Shown: positions 47,702-61,883, numbered from the stretch's first letter. The stretch: 64,000 bases of DNA from Azolla caroliniana (GCA_043228905.1 JBHGNT010000022.1:9424001-9488000); one strand, 5' to 3'. Numbers and translations: made by a program. The notes: generated from the sequence alone by a model not told the origin.

Positions 47702-50700
47702 GATAACATATGATATATTATATGAAGAGTAAGTACAAAATGGCTATAAGGCTTAAGACTAGCGTTGAACCAATTTGGTTCAACATAATGCCTTGTGCCT
47801 CCTTTTATAGTGTTCTCAGGAGGAGTGCTAAAGCTTCTAGAATGTTCTAGAGAAATCTGGAATATACATTAATTTCTTATAATAAAATTTAAAGGAAAAT
47901 ACTATCCTATGTATTACAATAGATGGTATGATGGTCAAGAGCTTGACCCATATAACATAAGTTCATGGGTTCGAGTCTTGCCATATCATGACACTATCCC
48001 CCCTTAAGACGACGAGTGTAACGAGTCGGCGATGATTGAGGACCGGGTTTGTCCGGATACTGTCGATGGAAATCAACAAGAAGATCCTGAGCATTGGTGA
48101 TATGCTCGACAAGTTCCCAAGTACGTTCACTCGGACTATAGCCAAGACAAACGACCAAATAATAAAGTTTGTTGGGAACAAATTTGGAGTCCAGGATGGC
48201 AGCAACTTCATACTCTGGGCCGGTGTCTAACTCAAGCGAGGGCAGCAATGGTGTAACACGATCGGGAATAGTGTTTGCTTTATAAGGTTCAAGAAGAGAA
48301 CTATGGAAGACCGGATGTGGAGGAAGATCAACACGGAATGTGACATCATTAACCTTACCAGTAATACGGAAAGGACCGAGTTCTCAATAATCCAACTTGT
48401 CGCACGGTCAAGTAGTCTTGATGTGATGACGTAAGAGCCATACTCGATCTCGGGATGGCAGAAGAGGAGGGAAGCCGATGACGATCCGCATAAGTCTTCT
48501 GTGTGTGTTGAGCATGATGAAGATGAGTAGAGAGATCCATCTGGATCTTGTGTAGCCTCTCCAAATGATCCTCGGCAGGAGGATTGGTATATAGCTCCAT
48601 GGTGTCGATCACAGACCAGCGAGGATAAGAACTGGTATAAGCGTAAAATGGGGAGACCCGAGTTGAGGAGTGAATAACGTTATTATAAGGAAACTCCGCA
48701 AAGTGAAGAATATCAGCCCAATCGTCTTGCTGATAACTCAGAAAACACCGGTGGTATTGTTCCAGCCTTTGATTTGTTTGTTCCGCCTGCCCATTGGTCT
48801 GGGGATGATAACCGGAGGAGAGGTTACAAGAGACCTTGAGCATCTTGAAGAGATTCTTCCAAAATTTGGAGACGAATTGAGGTCCTCGGTCACTAATGAT
48901 ATTGTCTGGGAGGCCATGATGCCCAAATACCTCACGCATGACAAGGGCGGCGGTTTCCTCACTAGTGATGGCCTTAGTACACGGCACAAAATGTGCCATC
49001 TTAGTATATTGATCAACGACGGTTAAGATAACATCGAAACCCTTCGAGACCGGCAGATCTGTGATAAAATAAAGACAAATAGACTACCACGACTTACTTG
49101 GAATCATTAAGGGTTCCAACAAGCCATATGGATGATGTCGTGGCATCTTTGCTCGGTAGCAAGCATCACAGGTCTGAACGTAGTTGTTGACAAAACGTCG
49201 CATATGGGGCCACCAAAAAGATCGTTGAACTAGATCCAACATCTTTGTACTACCGAAATGTCCCATTGTATGGGTGTTGTGACAATTTTGGACGATTTGA
49301 AGGCGACATGAGCAATCGGGAACATATACGAGCTTTTTAAAGAACAATAAACCATCATGATATTTGAATTGTCAGTAGTCCATACCTGGTTGTTGAGACT
49401 GGGAACAGGATGCCCGAGAGGTATCAATGTGTGCTAGAATGGCTTGAGCAAAACTGTCCATGGGGCCACCAAAAAGATCGTTGAACTAGATCCAACATCT
49501 TTGTACTACCGAAATGTCCCACTGTATGGGTGTTGTGACAATTTTGGACGATTTGAAGGCGACATGAGCAATCGGGAACATATACGAGCTTTTTAAAGAA
49601 CAATAAACCATCATGATATTTGAATTGTCAGTAGTCCATACTTGGTTGTTGAGACTGGGAACAGGATGCCCGAGAGGTATCAATGTGTGCTAGAATGGCT
49701 TGAGCAAAACTGTCCATCTTCAAGTTAGCACGTATAGCATCGATAATCTGGGAATCTAGTGGAGTGTGAAAAATCCACGTTGTGTGCAAACGTGTTGTCC
49801 CAATATTACCTGCTTTTGATTATCAAACGTTGGATCACCAGGACTAGGTGCAAGATATGAACACTGCGATAGTGCATTTGCTTTTCCTTATTGCTTCCAC
49901 GGTTGATATGTGATTTTGAAGTCAAAACACGTGAGGAATTTGGCCCACCGTGCTTGCCGTCGATTTAGTACATGTGCGTTCTGGAAATAAGCAAGATTTT
50001 TGTGATCACTGAAGACGATGACCTGATGTGGAGAACTCTCTAAGAAGTGCCGCCATTGCACAAAAGAATCCACGATGGCTAATAACTCCTTGTCATGTAT
50101 CTCGTAGTTGATTTCTGCGGCATCAAATTTGTGCAAATGGAAAGCCACAGGATGTAAGTCTTCTTTATCTCCTTGTTGAGAAAGGATGCTACCGAGGGCG
50201 TAATCCGATGTGTCGGACCCCATGATGAATGGTTTGTTTGTATCCACCTGTGCCAGAATAGGAGCTGATGTAAAGGCTTTCTTAAGATGCCTAAAAGGCA
50301 TGTTCGCTTCATTGGACCAAAGAAATGGCTATCCCTTCTTCGCAAGCAGTATGAGAGGTAAAATAATCTTCGAGTAATCTTGTATAAACTTGCGGTAGAA
50401 GTTAGCAAAACCTAGAAAACATTGTACATTTCGTAACGAACGTGGAGTTTGCCACTCTAGCACAGTTTTGACTTTAGCCGGATCCATGGAGATGCCCTTT
50501 GAGGAGATGACGTTGCCTAGAAATTCCACTTGCTTGTAGTCAAAGCTACATTTTCTAGTTTGGCATAAAGACCATTCTCTCGAAGTCATTTTAGTACTAA
50601 TAGTACATGAGAATCATGCTCTTCCTGGGTCTTCGAATAAATCAATAGATCATCCAGATAGATGATCAAACAGATATCCAAGAGGTCTTTGAATATATCA

Positions 50701-53085
50701 TTTGCCATGTGCTGCAAGACTGTGGGCGCATTGGTTAGACCAAACGGCATAACAGTATACTTGAAATGCCCAAACCGCGTGCAAAAGGCGGTCTTCCATT
50801 CGTCTCCCAGTCGGATCCGCATGAGTTATATGCTCCTCGTAGATCGATTCTTGTAAAAAACTTGGCACCATTTACTCGCTCTAAAAGACCTGATATAAGA
50901 GGAAGTGCATACCTATTCCTGATGGTGACCTTATTCAAGCCGCGGTAATCAACAACGAGATGAAGTGATCCATATTTCTTCTTGACAAAGAAGATGGGTG
51001 CACCGGCCGGAGATTTCAAATGATGAATAAACCCGCCTTCCAAGTTCTCCTCTATGTAGGCTCGACAGACTTCTAACTCGGTTGGTGACAAGTTGTAAAT
51101 TGGTCACCATGGTGGCTCTGTTCCTGGTTGTAAATGGGACAATCGTAGGGACGATGATGAGGAAGAGTACCGGATTTTACCTTGTCAAATACATCGGCAT
51201 AAGGATGATATTTCGTCGGAAGTTGCACTAAGGATTCCTTCTTAATATTGTTGGAAGGATGTACTGATATTGCAAATAGAAACATTGCCTCCTTGTGTCC
51301 TTCGTCACGTAATTAATGAAGTGAAATGGTCGAAACTCGATGAGTAGATTCTTGGGGTTGTCGATACCGGACTTCTCTTGTTCTCCAATCTATGTCTGGA
51401 TTAAGTCATTCAAACCAAGGTAATCCTAGGACAATGGGATGCTCTGGACTACTAATTATATTAAATGATACCACACACACAAAACTACCTAGGACAACCT
51501 GAATGGGTTCTGACTCTTCTACAATATTCCCAGAAGCAATGGGACGACTATCAATGACTACTAAAGATGCGGGGCAAGGAAGTTTTCGTAAGGATATTTG
51601 AGAAGCTTGGGCAAAATTTCGATCCATGAAACAGGAATTGGCTCCGGAATCTAAAAGTGCTAGGATGTGTACTGGAGGAGTACTTTTAGTACTAACCATG
51701 ACTTGGGCTAAGAACACATTGCTAACTTGATTGGAGGGAATGGAACCACTAATGGGTTGTACAGATCAAGGGTTGTCCAACCAAACGACTCCTATTTTGG
51801 CTGGACTCAGTCGTTTAACTCTTCTTCTAATTGACTAAGGATTTCAAATTTGTTTGAGATCCTTGGGCTATTAGTACTATTAATACTATCAGACACTCCT
51901 AAGGGAAGAATTGATTCGGGTTTAGTACAGGCTACGATTTGATTTACCTGTCTTCTTGGCCTATGGGGACAATTGATTGCGATATGCCTTGGTCCACCGC
52001 AATAAAGACATAATCGATTTGCACGTCGTCGTTACTTTTCTTCTTCCAATAACGGGCCACGTCGACGCATGGTGTCAATCTCCATCGGTGTCGGAGTATT
52101 TGCTTGAGATATGTCTCCTGCAAATGGTTTAACCGTGACTGAGGCATATGTGGGCTCCGGCCTAGGGCGTGGTATTTGTAATTGACGTTCAGAACGCCTT
52201 TCAAAAAGGCGGTTGTTGCATCAGACCGCTCGACTGATTACCTCTGTAAGAGACTTTGGTTCTTCGGGGAAGGTTAAGAGTAAATCTTTGACATCGTTTC
52301 GTAAGCTGTAGCGAAATTGCTCCATTAGTGCCTAATCATCCTAGGGGATATCTGAGGCGAGTAGAAGGAAATCCTCCACGTAGGCAGAGGCTGGACGATC
52401 ACCTTGACGCAATCGCCGGATTTTGTTGATAGCCATCCTGATGTTGTCGGAATCTCCAAAGAAGGCTTTAAACTCTCTAATAAAGTCTTCAAAGTTATTA
52501 AGCAAGGGCGATTGTTTTTCTAGAAGCGGAGCGAACCATGCCAAGGCTGAGCCGCTAAGCAACATGGCCGATTCGGGATGCATCAGTGGGATATCGGGAA
52601 GGATGCATTTGAATGACTAAGCGTACCTGATTAAGAAATCCCTTGAATTGTGATTGCGTTCCATCGAATTTCACAGGAAGTCCAATCTTGGGCTCTTTAT
52701 GAAATCCTTGGGGACTTGATCCTTGTTGTTGCAACGCTACGATGGTTGCTTCGAGTTGTTGTACACGTAACACTAACTCCCCATGTTGCTGTGTTTGTTG
52801 TTTTTCTAGAGCGATTTGTTGAAGATCCCCTAACAATCGTTGGTTTTCTTGTTCCAAGGCAACAAATTTTTCTTTTAGACCCTGTAGCTCGGAGAAAACG
52901 GATTGATATTCTTGGGCGCTAACAGTAGCCATAGTATTGGAAAAAAGGGGTAAGAGGATGAGAGAAACCAAAAAGAAGACTACAGGGCAAATTGGTTCAA
53001 ACTATCATGAATAGTACTAAAACAGAGAGAGAATTAGTACTGGAGAAGGGAAGTACTATTAGTACTAAGAGGATGGGACTGCGTA

Positions 53086-53138
<53 letters not shown>

Positions 53139-54404
53139 ATAACAGATGATATATTATACGAAGAGTAAGTACAAAATGGCTATGAGGCTTAAGACAGGCG
53201 TTGAACCAATTTGGTTCAACATAATGCCTTGTGCCTCCTTTTATAGTGTTCTCAGGAGGAGTCTTGAAGCTTCTAGAATGTTCCAGAGAAATCTGGAATA
53301 TACATTAATTTCTTATAATAAAACTTAAATGAAAATAATATCCTACGTATTACAATAGATGGTATAATGGTCAAGAGCTCGACCCATGTAACATAAGGTC
53401 ATGGGTTCGAGTAGGGACAACTGTTTTCCTTCCGGCCCGGCGTTTCCCAACGTGACAACTAGCGTCTCCCAACTATCCGGGAGGGAACCGAGCTGGAGCA
53501 TTGCGAGTACCTCATCGGCAAGGGAACCGAGCAGGAGCTGTCTTGGTACCGGAGCCTTACTAGCTTCCAATTAATAGCATTCTTGTTCTTGAACATGTTG
53601 CCGATCTTCTCCTAGAGTTCATGAGCCTTGCTCTTTTCATTGAAGTTGTTGTACAAACTCATGTCGATGAAGCACCGGATGTACGTCGTCGTCTTCATGT
53701 GCATCACCTCCCATGTCGCGGCATCGATCTTATCCGGTCTCTTTTCCCCGAACTAAACCGGAAACCAAAGATCTTTAACCACTAGCATATCCCTGATCTT
53801 TGACTTCCACATTGAGTAGTTGGATCCGGTGAGCTTGAACATGCCACCGAACGATTCTTCCATTTCCTGTGTTGTTCGCTCTAATACCAGATTGTGAAGA
53901 ATAGCGCGGAATATTGCTCGGCCACAACCGAGTCTTGAAATACAGAAATGGGAAGTAGAGAGTACATAGAATATTTACGTGGAAAACCCTAATAGGGTAA
54001 AAAACCACGGGATCTCATAGACTCCAAACTATCACTATATGAGAAAGGTACAATCATAGACTCAGAGGCAATGACCTTGACCTCTGTTTCTTCTCCAAGC
54101 GGCGGTTACAAGAGAGTATTGCCATGTATCTCTCTCTCCCTCTATACAGCAGTTATACACATACAAAAATATGACAACTACCAACACACAAAAGTGATTG
54201 CCCTAAGCCATATATATACTTATATGAACTTAGGGCTATTTACAAATATAGCCTCAATAGGCTTACTCAAAACATATTTACAAGTATGTCTTCTCTTCCT
54301 GTTCTCACCGGGTCCATCCGATCCATAACCGGATCTCTTCTGGTTCTCATCGGGTCCATCAAATCCATAACCGGATCCCATCCGGAGGGACCGATTTCCC
54401 AACA
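47361..54404 (-). mobile_element. Copia element 'I' (related to D; 5' LTR 53893-54404, PBS, gag), interrupted by H
   Basis: PBS TGGTATTAGAGCGA; gag LPDSWETLVVTL...KQLSL|TRVKSSLLDEEA...CFYCGKPG; LTR end CCGGAGGGACCGATTTCCCAACA resembles D. Confidence 0.85.
47571..53412 (-). mobile_element. Chromovirus 'H' (Tcn1/Tf1-like Gypsy), degenerate
   Basis: LTRs 47571-47993 and 53003-53412 (outer end clipped); PPT AAGGGGGGATAG; gag EPKIGLPVKFDG, PR LLDSGA, RT YLDD, RH, integrase ISDRGPQF, chromodomain EYEVAAILDS...YYLV...ERTWE; 256-bp tandem duplication at ~49202-49713. Confidence 0.92.
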
Positions 54405-54659
54405 GAAAAGATTAACATGTGGGAGCTAAACAGGACTTAACTGGCTCAACTGGACAACAACAAAAAACTCAAATTAAAAATAGTACATTCTCTGTACAAA
54501 GAGCACTTTTATACGAGTCCTTAAAGGACGGTTAGAAGTACTAACAAGTACTTCAAAGCTCATAACTAACCTACTGACACTAACTCCCAAAAATATAAAT
54601 ACCCACTAAACTAGGATCATAGGCCTCTCTGAAGAAGGTGAGACGTAGGTGGTGCTATG

Positions 54660-54704
54660 CAACAGAAGCAAACTTGTGTGTGTGTGAGTACACGTAAGGC
54701 AAGA

Positions 54705-54741
<37 letters not shown>

Positions 54742-55460
54742 TTAGCAATTCAACATGTTCCAGTACTCGTGTAGTGTAGTTAATGGGTGACCATACTCCA
54801 TTGTCACACCTACTATAAGTAGTGTTTTTAAAACACATTTATTAATATAATTGTGTGTTTTCACCCAAAAAAAGAGAAAGCTTTAGCAAGAAGTTGTATT
54901 AATAAAAATAGAATTACATCCAACAACAACTAAGTTACAAAAGTTTCATTTAAATACCAACTGATCTAGGTCAAGTGCCCTTTATACTAATTACAAATCT
55001 AACGTAGTATGATGTCCACTGGTTAGTGTGAACATTGTCTCTATGGCAAGTTGAGTTCGATTCTCAACACACCCCTTTGAACACAACTTCCGGATGTCGA
55101 ATCAGTTCGATCTTTGAAAAACTTCGATTCAGCTAAATCGGCTTCAGCTTTCAAGTGCTTGATTAGTTCGTGCTCCTTGTTCGGCTCTCGGCTCGATTGT
55201 TATCGTACTTCGACTGATCGGTTGTTGTTCAACATCAACGATTACTGTTGTTTCTCGGTACTCACCCTCAAGCGCGGCTAGTCAGTGATCGAGAGACCAA
55301 GGTTCGTCGCGAACTTCCGCAGTTTGTCGAGACCTAATGCTTTTGTGAAGATGTTGTGCATCATGGCCCTTGCTACCTCTACTATGTGCCGATTCTTTCG
55401 TTTGGCTACTCCATTTTGTTGAGGTGTGTCGGCAAGAGATTTCTCGTTGAATTCCTTCCT
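54660..55460 (-). mobile_element. Copia remnant 'J': 3' LTR ending at 55069, PPT, fused integrase/RNase H fragments
   Basis: Minus strand AAGGGGTG|TGTTGAG; TPQQNGVAKRKNRHIVEVARAM joined to IFTKALGLDKL. Left LTR boundary uncertain. Confidence 0.65.
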
Positions 55461-55463
55461 TTC

Positions 55464-58400
55464 TGTCACAGACATGACAACAGTCATATCAAGATTTGAA
55501 CTCTTGACCTCTTTGTGTTCTAACCAACACGTCCAAATATATGGTCATGTTATGTATATCTTAGTAGATTATTAGTAGATTATCTATTTCAAGTTCTAGG
55601 AGTTTTTATAAAGTTCTAGAGGGTTCTAGAATATTCTCCCGAATATTCTAATGCATGTACTTCGACTCATGGTATAAATACTTGTAACCTCCTTGGTTCC
55701 TTTCAAGGGATTCAACAACAGTCATTGACACATCAATCTAGTATTCTTGTTTAGCCCAATCGTCTCTCCTTGATATCTTTGTCTTTATGCTCTTGTATTT
55801 GTTCCTAGCGTCTTAAGTTCCTTATCTCATCGCTCCCAACCTCCCGAGTTTCTAGCCTCATCACGTCGAGTTCCACGTGCGTAACCTTATCGGTCGTAGC
55901 CTTGTCATTTGTGCTTTGTCGTAGTCTAACGTTGGTGTGTCCGTGACAGTTTGAATCCCTTCCAACTTGAAGCATTACCCATCTTCGTCATCGCCCTTTC
56001 TTCTAGAGTTACCATCGTCACCGTCATTGGTTCTAGAGTTATCATGAGAAGTATCCTCATCAATTTCTCAATGTTTTACTTCTTTACAAAACGATTGTTA
56101 CCGAAGTTACTCGCCAAAAATTTGTGATAGATATGATCGATTATTACACAAGTTACTTACGGAACATCCCTTTGTTTTCTATCTTCCTTGCCATCTCTAT
56201 CTCTTAGTTTCTTCTCATAATCATCTTTGTCTTTTAGATTCTTCTCATTCTTCACATCTCTATCTCCTAGTTTCTTCTCATCATCATCTTTATCTCTGCA
56301 CTTCTTATCATCTTCCACATCCCTATCTTTGCATTTTTGGTCATTGTCATCCTTCTCCTTGTGTTTCCTACCATTTTCATCTTTATCTATGTGTTTCTTG
56401 TTATCCTCATCACTTTCTCTACGTTTCTTATCACCTTCATCCCTGTCTTTGTGTTTTTTATCATCCTTTGTATATGTGTCTTTGTGTTTCTTTAGAACCT
56501 GAACATCTCGATCTCCATGTTTCTTATCCTCTTCATCTCTTTCTCCGCTTCCATCATTGTCATAATCAAAGTTGTTGCTTCCAAAGTCGCTTCGTCAACA
56601 TCATTGCCTTCATTGCTTCGTCTTCGACATCATCATCTTCAACCCTCTTGTTGTCATCATCAACACTACTTTTCCTAGCCGTCATTGTCGTCGAGTGTTC
56701 CAATTCCCGATGAGGACCGTGCAAGGTTGCTCACATCCATTGGTGTTCGTGTCTCCGGTGAGGACCGCACATGGTCGCTCACGCCCTTTCGTGTTCGCGT
56801 CTCTGGTGAGGACCGTACATGGTCTCTCACGCTCATTGGTGTTCGTGTCTCCGGTGAGGACCGCACATGGTTGCTCACGCCCGTTGGTGTTCCAGTTCCT
56901 AGTGAGGACCGCACATGGTCACTCATTTCCATTGGTGTTCCTGTCTCCGATGAAGACCGTACATGGTCTCTCACGCCCTTAGTGTTCATTTCACGCACTT
57001 GGTCGCTCACACCCATTGGTGTTCTAGTTCCTGGTGAGGACCGCACATGGTCGCTCGTGTCCATTGGTGTTCTGATTCCCGATGAGGACCGCACATAGTC
57101 GCTCACATCCGTTGGTGTTCCTGTCTCCGGTGAGGACCGCACATGGTCACTCACGTTGGTGTTCAAGTCTCTGATGAGAACCGTACATGGTCGCTCACGT
57201 CCGTTGGTGTTCGTGTCTCCGGTGAAGACCACACATGGTCACTCACGCCCGTTGGTTTTCACGTCTCCGGTGAGGACCGTACATGGTCTCTCACACCCGT
57301 TGGTGTTCCCATTCCAAGTGAGGACCACACATGGTCGCTCACACTCGTTGTTCCAGTTCCCGTTAAGAACCACAAATGGTCGATCATTTCCGTTGGTGTT
57401 CGTGTCTCCGGTGAGGACCATACATGGTCTCTTACACCCGTTGGTGTTCATGTCTTTGGTGAGGACCATACATGGTCGCTCACGCCCGTTGGTGTTCTAG
57501 TTCCCGGTGAGGACCGCACATGGTCGCTCACGTCTATTGGTGCTCATGTCTCTGGTGAGGACCGCACATGGTCTCTCATGTCCGTTGGTGTTCTAGTTCC
57601 CAATGAGGACCACACATGGTTGTTCACGTCTGTTGGTGTTCCTGTCTTCAATGAGGACCACACATGGTCGCTCACTCATGTTGGTGTTCCAGTCTCCAAT
57701 GAGGACCACACATGGTCGCTCGTGCTCATTGGTGTTCCAGTTCCCAGTGAGGACCATACATGGTCGCTCACACTCACGTTGGTGTTCCAGTCTCCAATGA
57801 GAACCGAATGTGGTCGCTCATGCTCACGTTGTTGTTCCAGTATCCAGTGAGGACCATACATGGTCGCTCACCCCCTTAGTGTTCTAGTCTCCGGTGAGGA
57901 CCACACATGGTTGTTCGTGTTCACCCGTGCTCCTATTTCTAGTGAGGACTGCTCATGGTCACTCACTCCTCAACGTACTTTGGTTTTCTCTTTCAACTCA
58001 CCCCTACACCATGCTTTCGAAAAGGCGGTCGTAAAGGGGAGGATAATGTCACAAAAATTACAATAGTCATGTCAATATTTGAACTCTTGACCTCTTATAT
58101 ATAGTCAAGTGTTGTGTTCTAACCAACACGTCCAAATATATAGTCATGTTATATGTATTTTAATAGATTATTTGTAGATTATCTATTTCAAGTTCTAGGA
58201 GTTTTTAGAAAGTTCTATAACTAGAAGGTTCTAGAGGGTTCTAGAATATTCTAATGCATGTACTTCGACTCACAATATAAATACTTGTAACTTCCTTGGT
58301 CCCTTTCAAGGGATTCAACACCAGTCATTGACACATCAATCTAGTATTCTTGTTTAGCCCCATCTTCTCTCCTTGATTTACATCTTTGCCTTTATGCTCT

Positions 58401-58555
58401 TGTATTTGTTCCTAGCATCTTAAGTTCCTCATCTCATCGCTCCCAACTTCCCGTGTTTCTAGCCTCATCACATTGAGCTCCAAGTTCGTAACCTTATCAG
58501 TCATAGCCTTGTCATCTGTGCTTTGTCGTAGTCTAGCGTTGGTGTGTCCAAGACA
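55464..58555 (+). mobile_element. Non-autonomous LTR element 'G' (no gag/pol; internal tandem array)
   Basis: LTRs 55464-55948 and 58047-58555; TSD CTTTC; PPT AAGGGGAGGA. Confidence 0.9.
56700..57968. repeat. 48-bp minisatellite (~26 units), consensus GGTGAGGACCGCACATGGTCGCTCACGCCCGTTGGTGTTCGTGTCTCC
   Basis: Directly visible; 16-aa periodic ORFs in several frames. Confidence 0.93.
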
Positions 58556-58990
58556 CTTTCAAAGGATGTCGTAAACCCATCCGAGAAATACTCTTTGTTA
58601 TCTCTTCTTCGAAGATACACCTTCGATTACTTCCTAGGTAATCAGGTCAAGGAATCGTGGTTACGTAGGAAGGAAAGACAGGGTCAAACATGACGATTGA
58701 CTATGAAAATGGCCGGCCACAGCCGGACTTACGGTTTAAAATTAAGATAGAAATGTGCACAAAGATTACTTGATAGAAACGTCCAAAATCAAAAAAACTT
58801 GAAATGCTATGTAGCCTCATTCTTCTTCCAAAATTGGGAGAATGTTCTCTAATTGTGGTTGCATTGGTGCTTGAGTTGGCTCTTCATCTATGAGGTCGTT
58901 GGCGAGTAACTCGGTTGATAAATCAAGCTGTTGGTCTTGAATCTCCTTCGTGGATTCTGGAACCGTTGCCTCCGGATGTGGTTCAGTGAT

Positions 58991-60530
58991 CTATGCATCC
59001 ACTTGCTCTGTTTCTACTCTTAGTCGTGGTTTCTCTTCTTCGATTACATTGGTCGTTGATGCCTGTGTGGCTTCCTCGATTACATTGGTCGTTGATGCCT
59101 GAGCGACGGCTGCTACTTCCGTTTCAGCGAGGATGCGCTCACGTATAGGCTTCCCATTCGGTCTCAGCAGCATCTGATCGTCGTTGAACTCCTCAAGGAG
59201 GTGTCTGATCGATGTCGTTTGTGTTTTTGCTAGGGCGTGAAATTCCTCAGTGAGGTCTTTGCGAAGGACTTTGATGTTGTTTTCATCCATCTTGTAGAAA
59301 CCGCGGCCCTCTTTTCTTCGATTTTCGACGTCTACTCGGAAGACTTGTAACTCGGTTGCTTGAACCGACCATTCGTTCCATCCTCGAGCGAGTGTCTCCT
59401 CGACTTTCTGATTTAGTTGCACGTGGTGTTTGAACACTAGGGATTTGATTCGTGCTTCGCCCATTTCATATTTGGCTTGGAGGGTGTTTAGTTCTTCCTT
59501 GGCCTTCGTGGCATCCTGTTGGAATTGGACTTTGAGGGTCTCGCACGACGTGGTAACGTTGGTGAGCTTTGCCACCATCTCCTTCGTATGTTGGTCGTAG
59601 CGCCGGAGGAGACGGTCCAAAATGTCGGTTAACTCCTACATATAATGGATCTGCTGTCGTTCGAGTTCCAGGGTCGCGGAGATTTGCAGCTAGTGAAGGG
59701 ACTCAGCTAGTGAAGGGACTAGATGCTAACGCAGCTCGCTGCTTCTCGGTTTCGTCTCTGGAGCGGACCTAGAGTTCCAAGAGTTCACTCTGCAGTCAAT
59801 TAGTTCTTCGGTTTGAGTGAACACATCCATCGGCATGGGAGGGTTGGTGTCATCCGTCTGTGTGGATACTTCGACGGAATTGGAAGCAAGGGGTGGTAAG
59901 CCAAGAAGGTTTGGTTCGCCAGTTTCTTGGAGCAGTTGTTGAAGCTTGGTCAGGCGGTTTTCAGAAGTCTGCCATAACTCCATGGCCATTTTGGCTTGTT
60001 TGCGCGTTTGTTTGTTGCTGACTGCCATGTCTTTCGCAACGCAGGTTGCTTTCTCCAATTCACTAAACCTCGACCACGACCATGTTGAGGTTTGGTAGCT
60101 CGATCCAACGCGGCAGGTTTTGGTTACACGTTTTCGGCCGATCTTTTGTAACTGCAGCTCCTCGTCCGATTCGAGCTCGTTGGCTAACGCCCGCTGGACC
60201 ATCTATTGTTCAGCATGGTCTTGAGCCATGCGTGTCGCGGCAGCAACCTGGCGGCAGCAACCTGGAGGCAAGCGATAAAGTCAATTAGCTCGTACGTCTT
60301 GCCATGTTGTAAAATTGCGCCGAGCTTGTAGGACTCAGCAAGCAAATCCTTGAAGGCCATGACTTCCTCCTCCAAAAACCAGGAAGGTAGTCCTTGCTCT
60401 GTATTTCCTGTTAAGGATAAAGACTTGTCTGTGACGACCGTAACAGACGGTTTTGTCAGGAGCCACAACAAGTTGCAGGTTCTCGGGCCCCTGTGTTTTA
60501 CCTTCGCTGTGGCATTGCAACCTGTGTTGT
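58991..60530 (-). pseudogene. Remnant of an extra ORF homologous to that of element B
   Basis: WNEWSVQATELQVFRVDVENRRKEG aligns with WTKWAQNAAELQLLRADVANRRKEG in ORF 17410..18117. Confidence 0.72.
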
Positions 60531-61184
60531 TTCTTGGCAGGGGTTCGAGATTTTTAAGATGATTAGGGTTAGAGGCTAGAAAGATTAAGATAATACTTCA
60601 AAGATTTAAAGATAAAGATTAAAAACTAATCAACTTGAAACGATTGAGATTACGGTTAAAAAAGGTTAAGATTACGATTAAGATTAAAATCCATCATGGA
60701 AGTCGCCATTCAGCTACTTTTTTGGCCAACAGTAGGATTCACGATACTTAACCTGATCATAAATCTATTGCCGTGGCACCAGTACAGAAAGTGTATGAAT
60801 TCGATCAAGGAAATTGAAATGCGGATCGTAAATCGAATACAAACGTTAAGAAAAATAGACCAGAAGGTAAACAGAAGAGAGATGGAGAGAAAACAGAGAA
60901 ATTTGCTATGTTCATAATGGAGGAAGCCATCTCTTCAATTTTCAGCATTACATTAGGTAAAAACCATAAATCATCATTCTCTATCCACGATAAGAGAGAT
61001 TGAAAGAGAAACGAAAAGCACGGACAGACACACCTGCCATCAGATCAACAGGAGAAATGGCAATAACCAAAGGATCTACAAGCTGCAAATAAGAAACACC
61101 GAGGGACGGATAGGGAATTGTTTATGGAACATTACCACATCTTCCTTTTCCCTCACCATTGACTAAATAAATTCTTGGGAGTTT

Positions 61185-61625
<441 letters not shown>

Positions 61626-61883
61626 CTAAACCCCGCTGAAGCTTCCTTCCTTTTTCCTGGTGATCCTTCCTTCCCTCCTTCTTCCTGCTGATCCTTCCTT
61701 CTTCCCGTTGAAGCTTCTTACTGACGATCCTCCTTCGCGATGAAGCTTCTTTCTGCAGATCCTACCTTCGTCCTTCCTAATGAAGCTTCCTTCCTGTCTT
61801 CTGCTTCGCGCCTTCCTTCTTCGCCTGCTCTGAGAAAGACTCTCTCAGAGCTCTGGATTTTAAAGGCGTCTGGGTTTCCTGAG

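Noticed and set aside
47920-47985. Functional tRNA genes at the A/B-box sites
   Set aside because: No convincing acceptor or anticodon stems, and all sites lie within LTRs; reported as tRNA-like modules instead.
56700-57968. CRISPR-like array
   Set aside because: Units are contiguous degenerate repeats with no unique spacers, there are no cas genes, and the array lies inside an LTR element in eukaryotic DNA.
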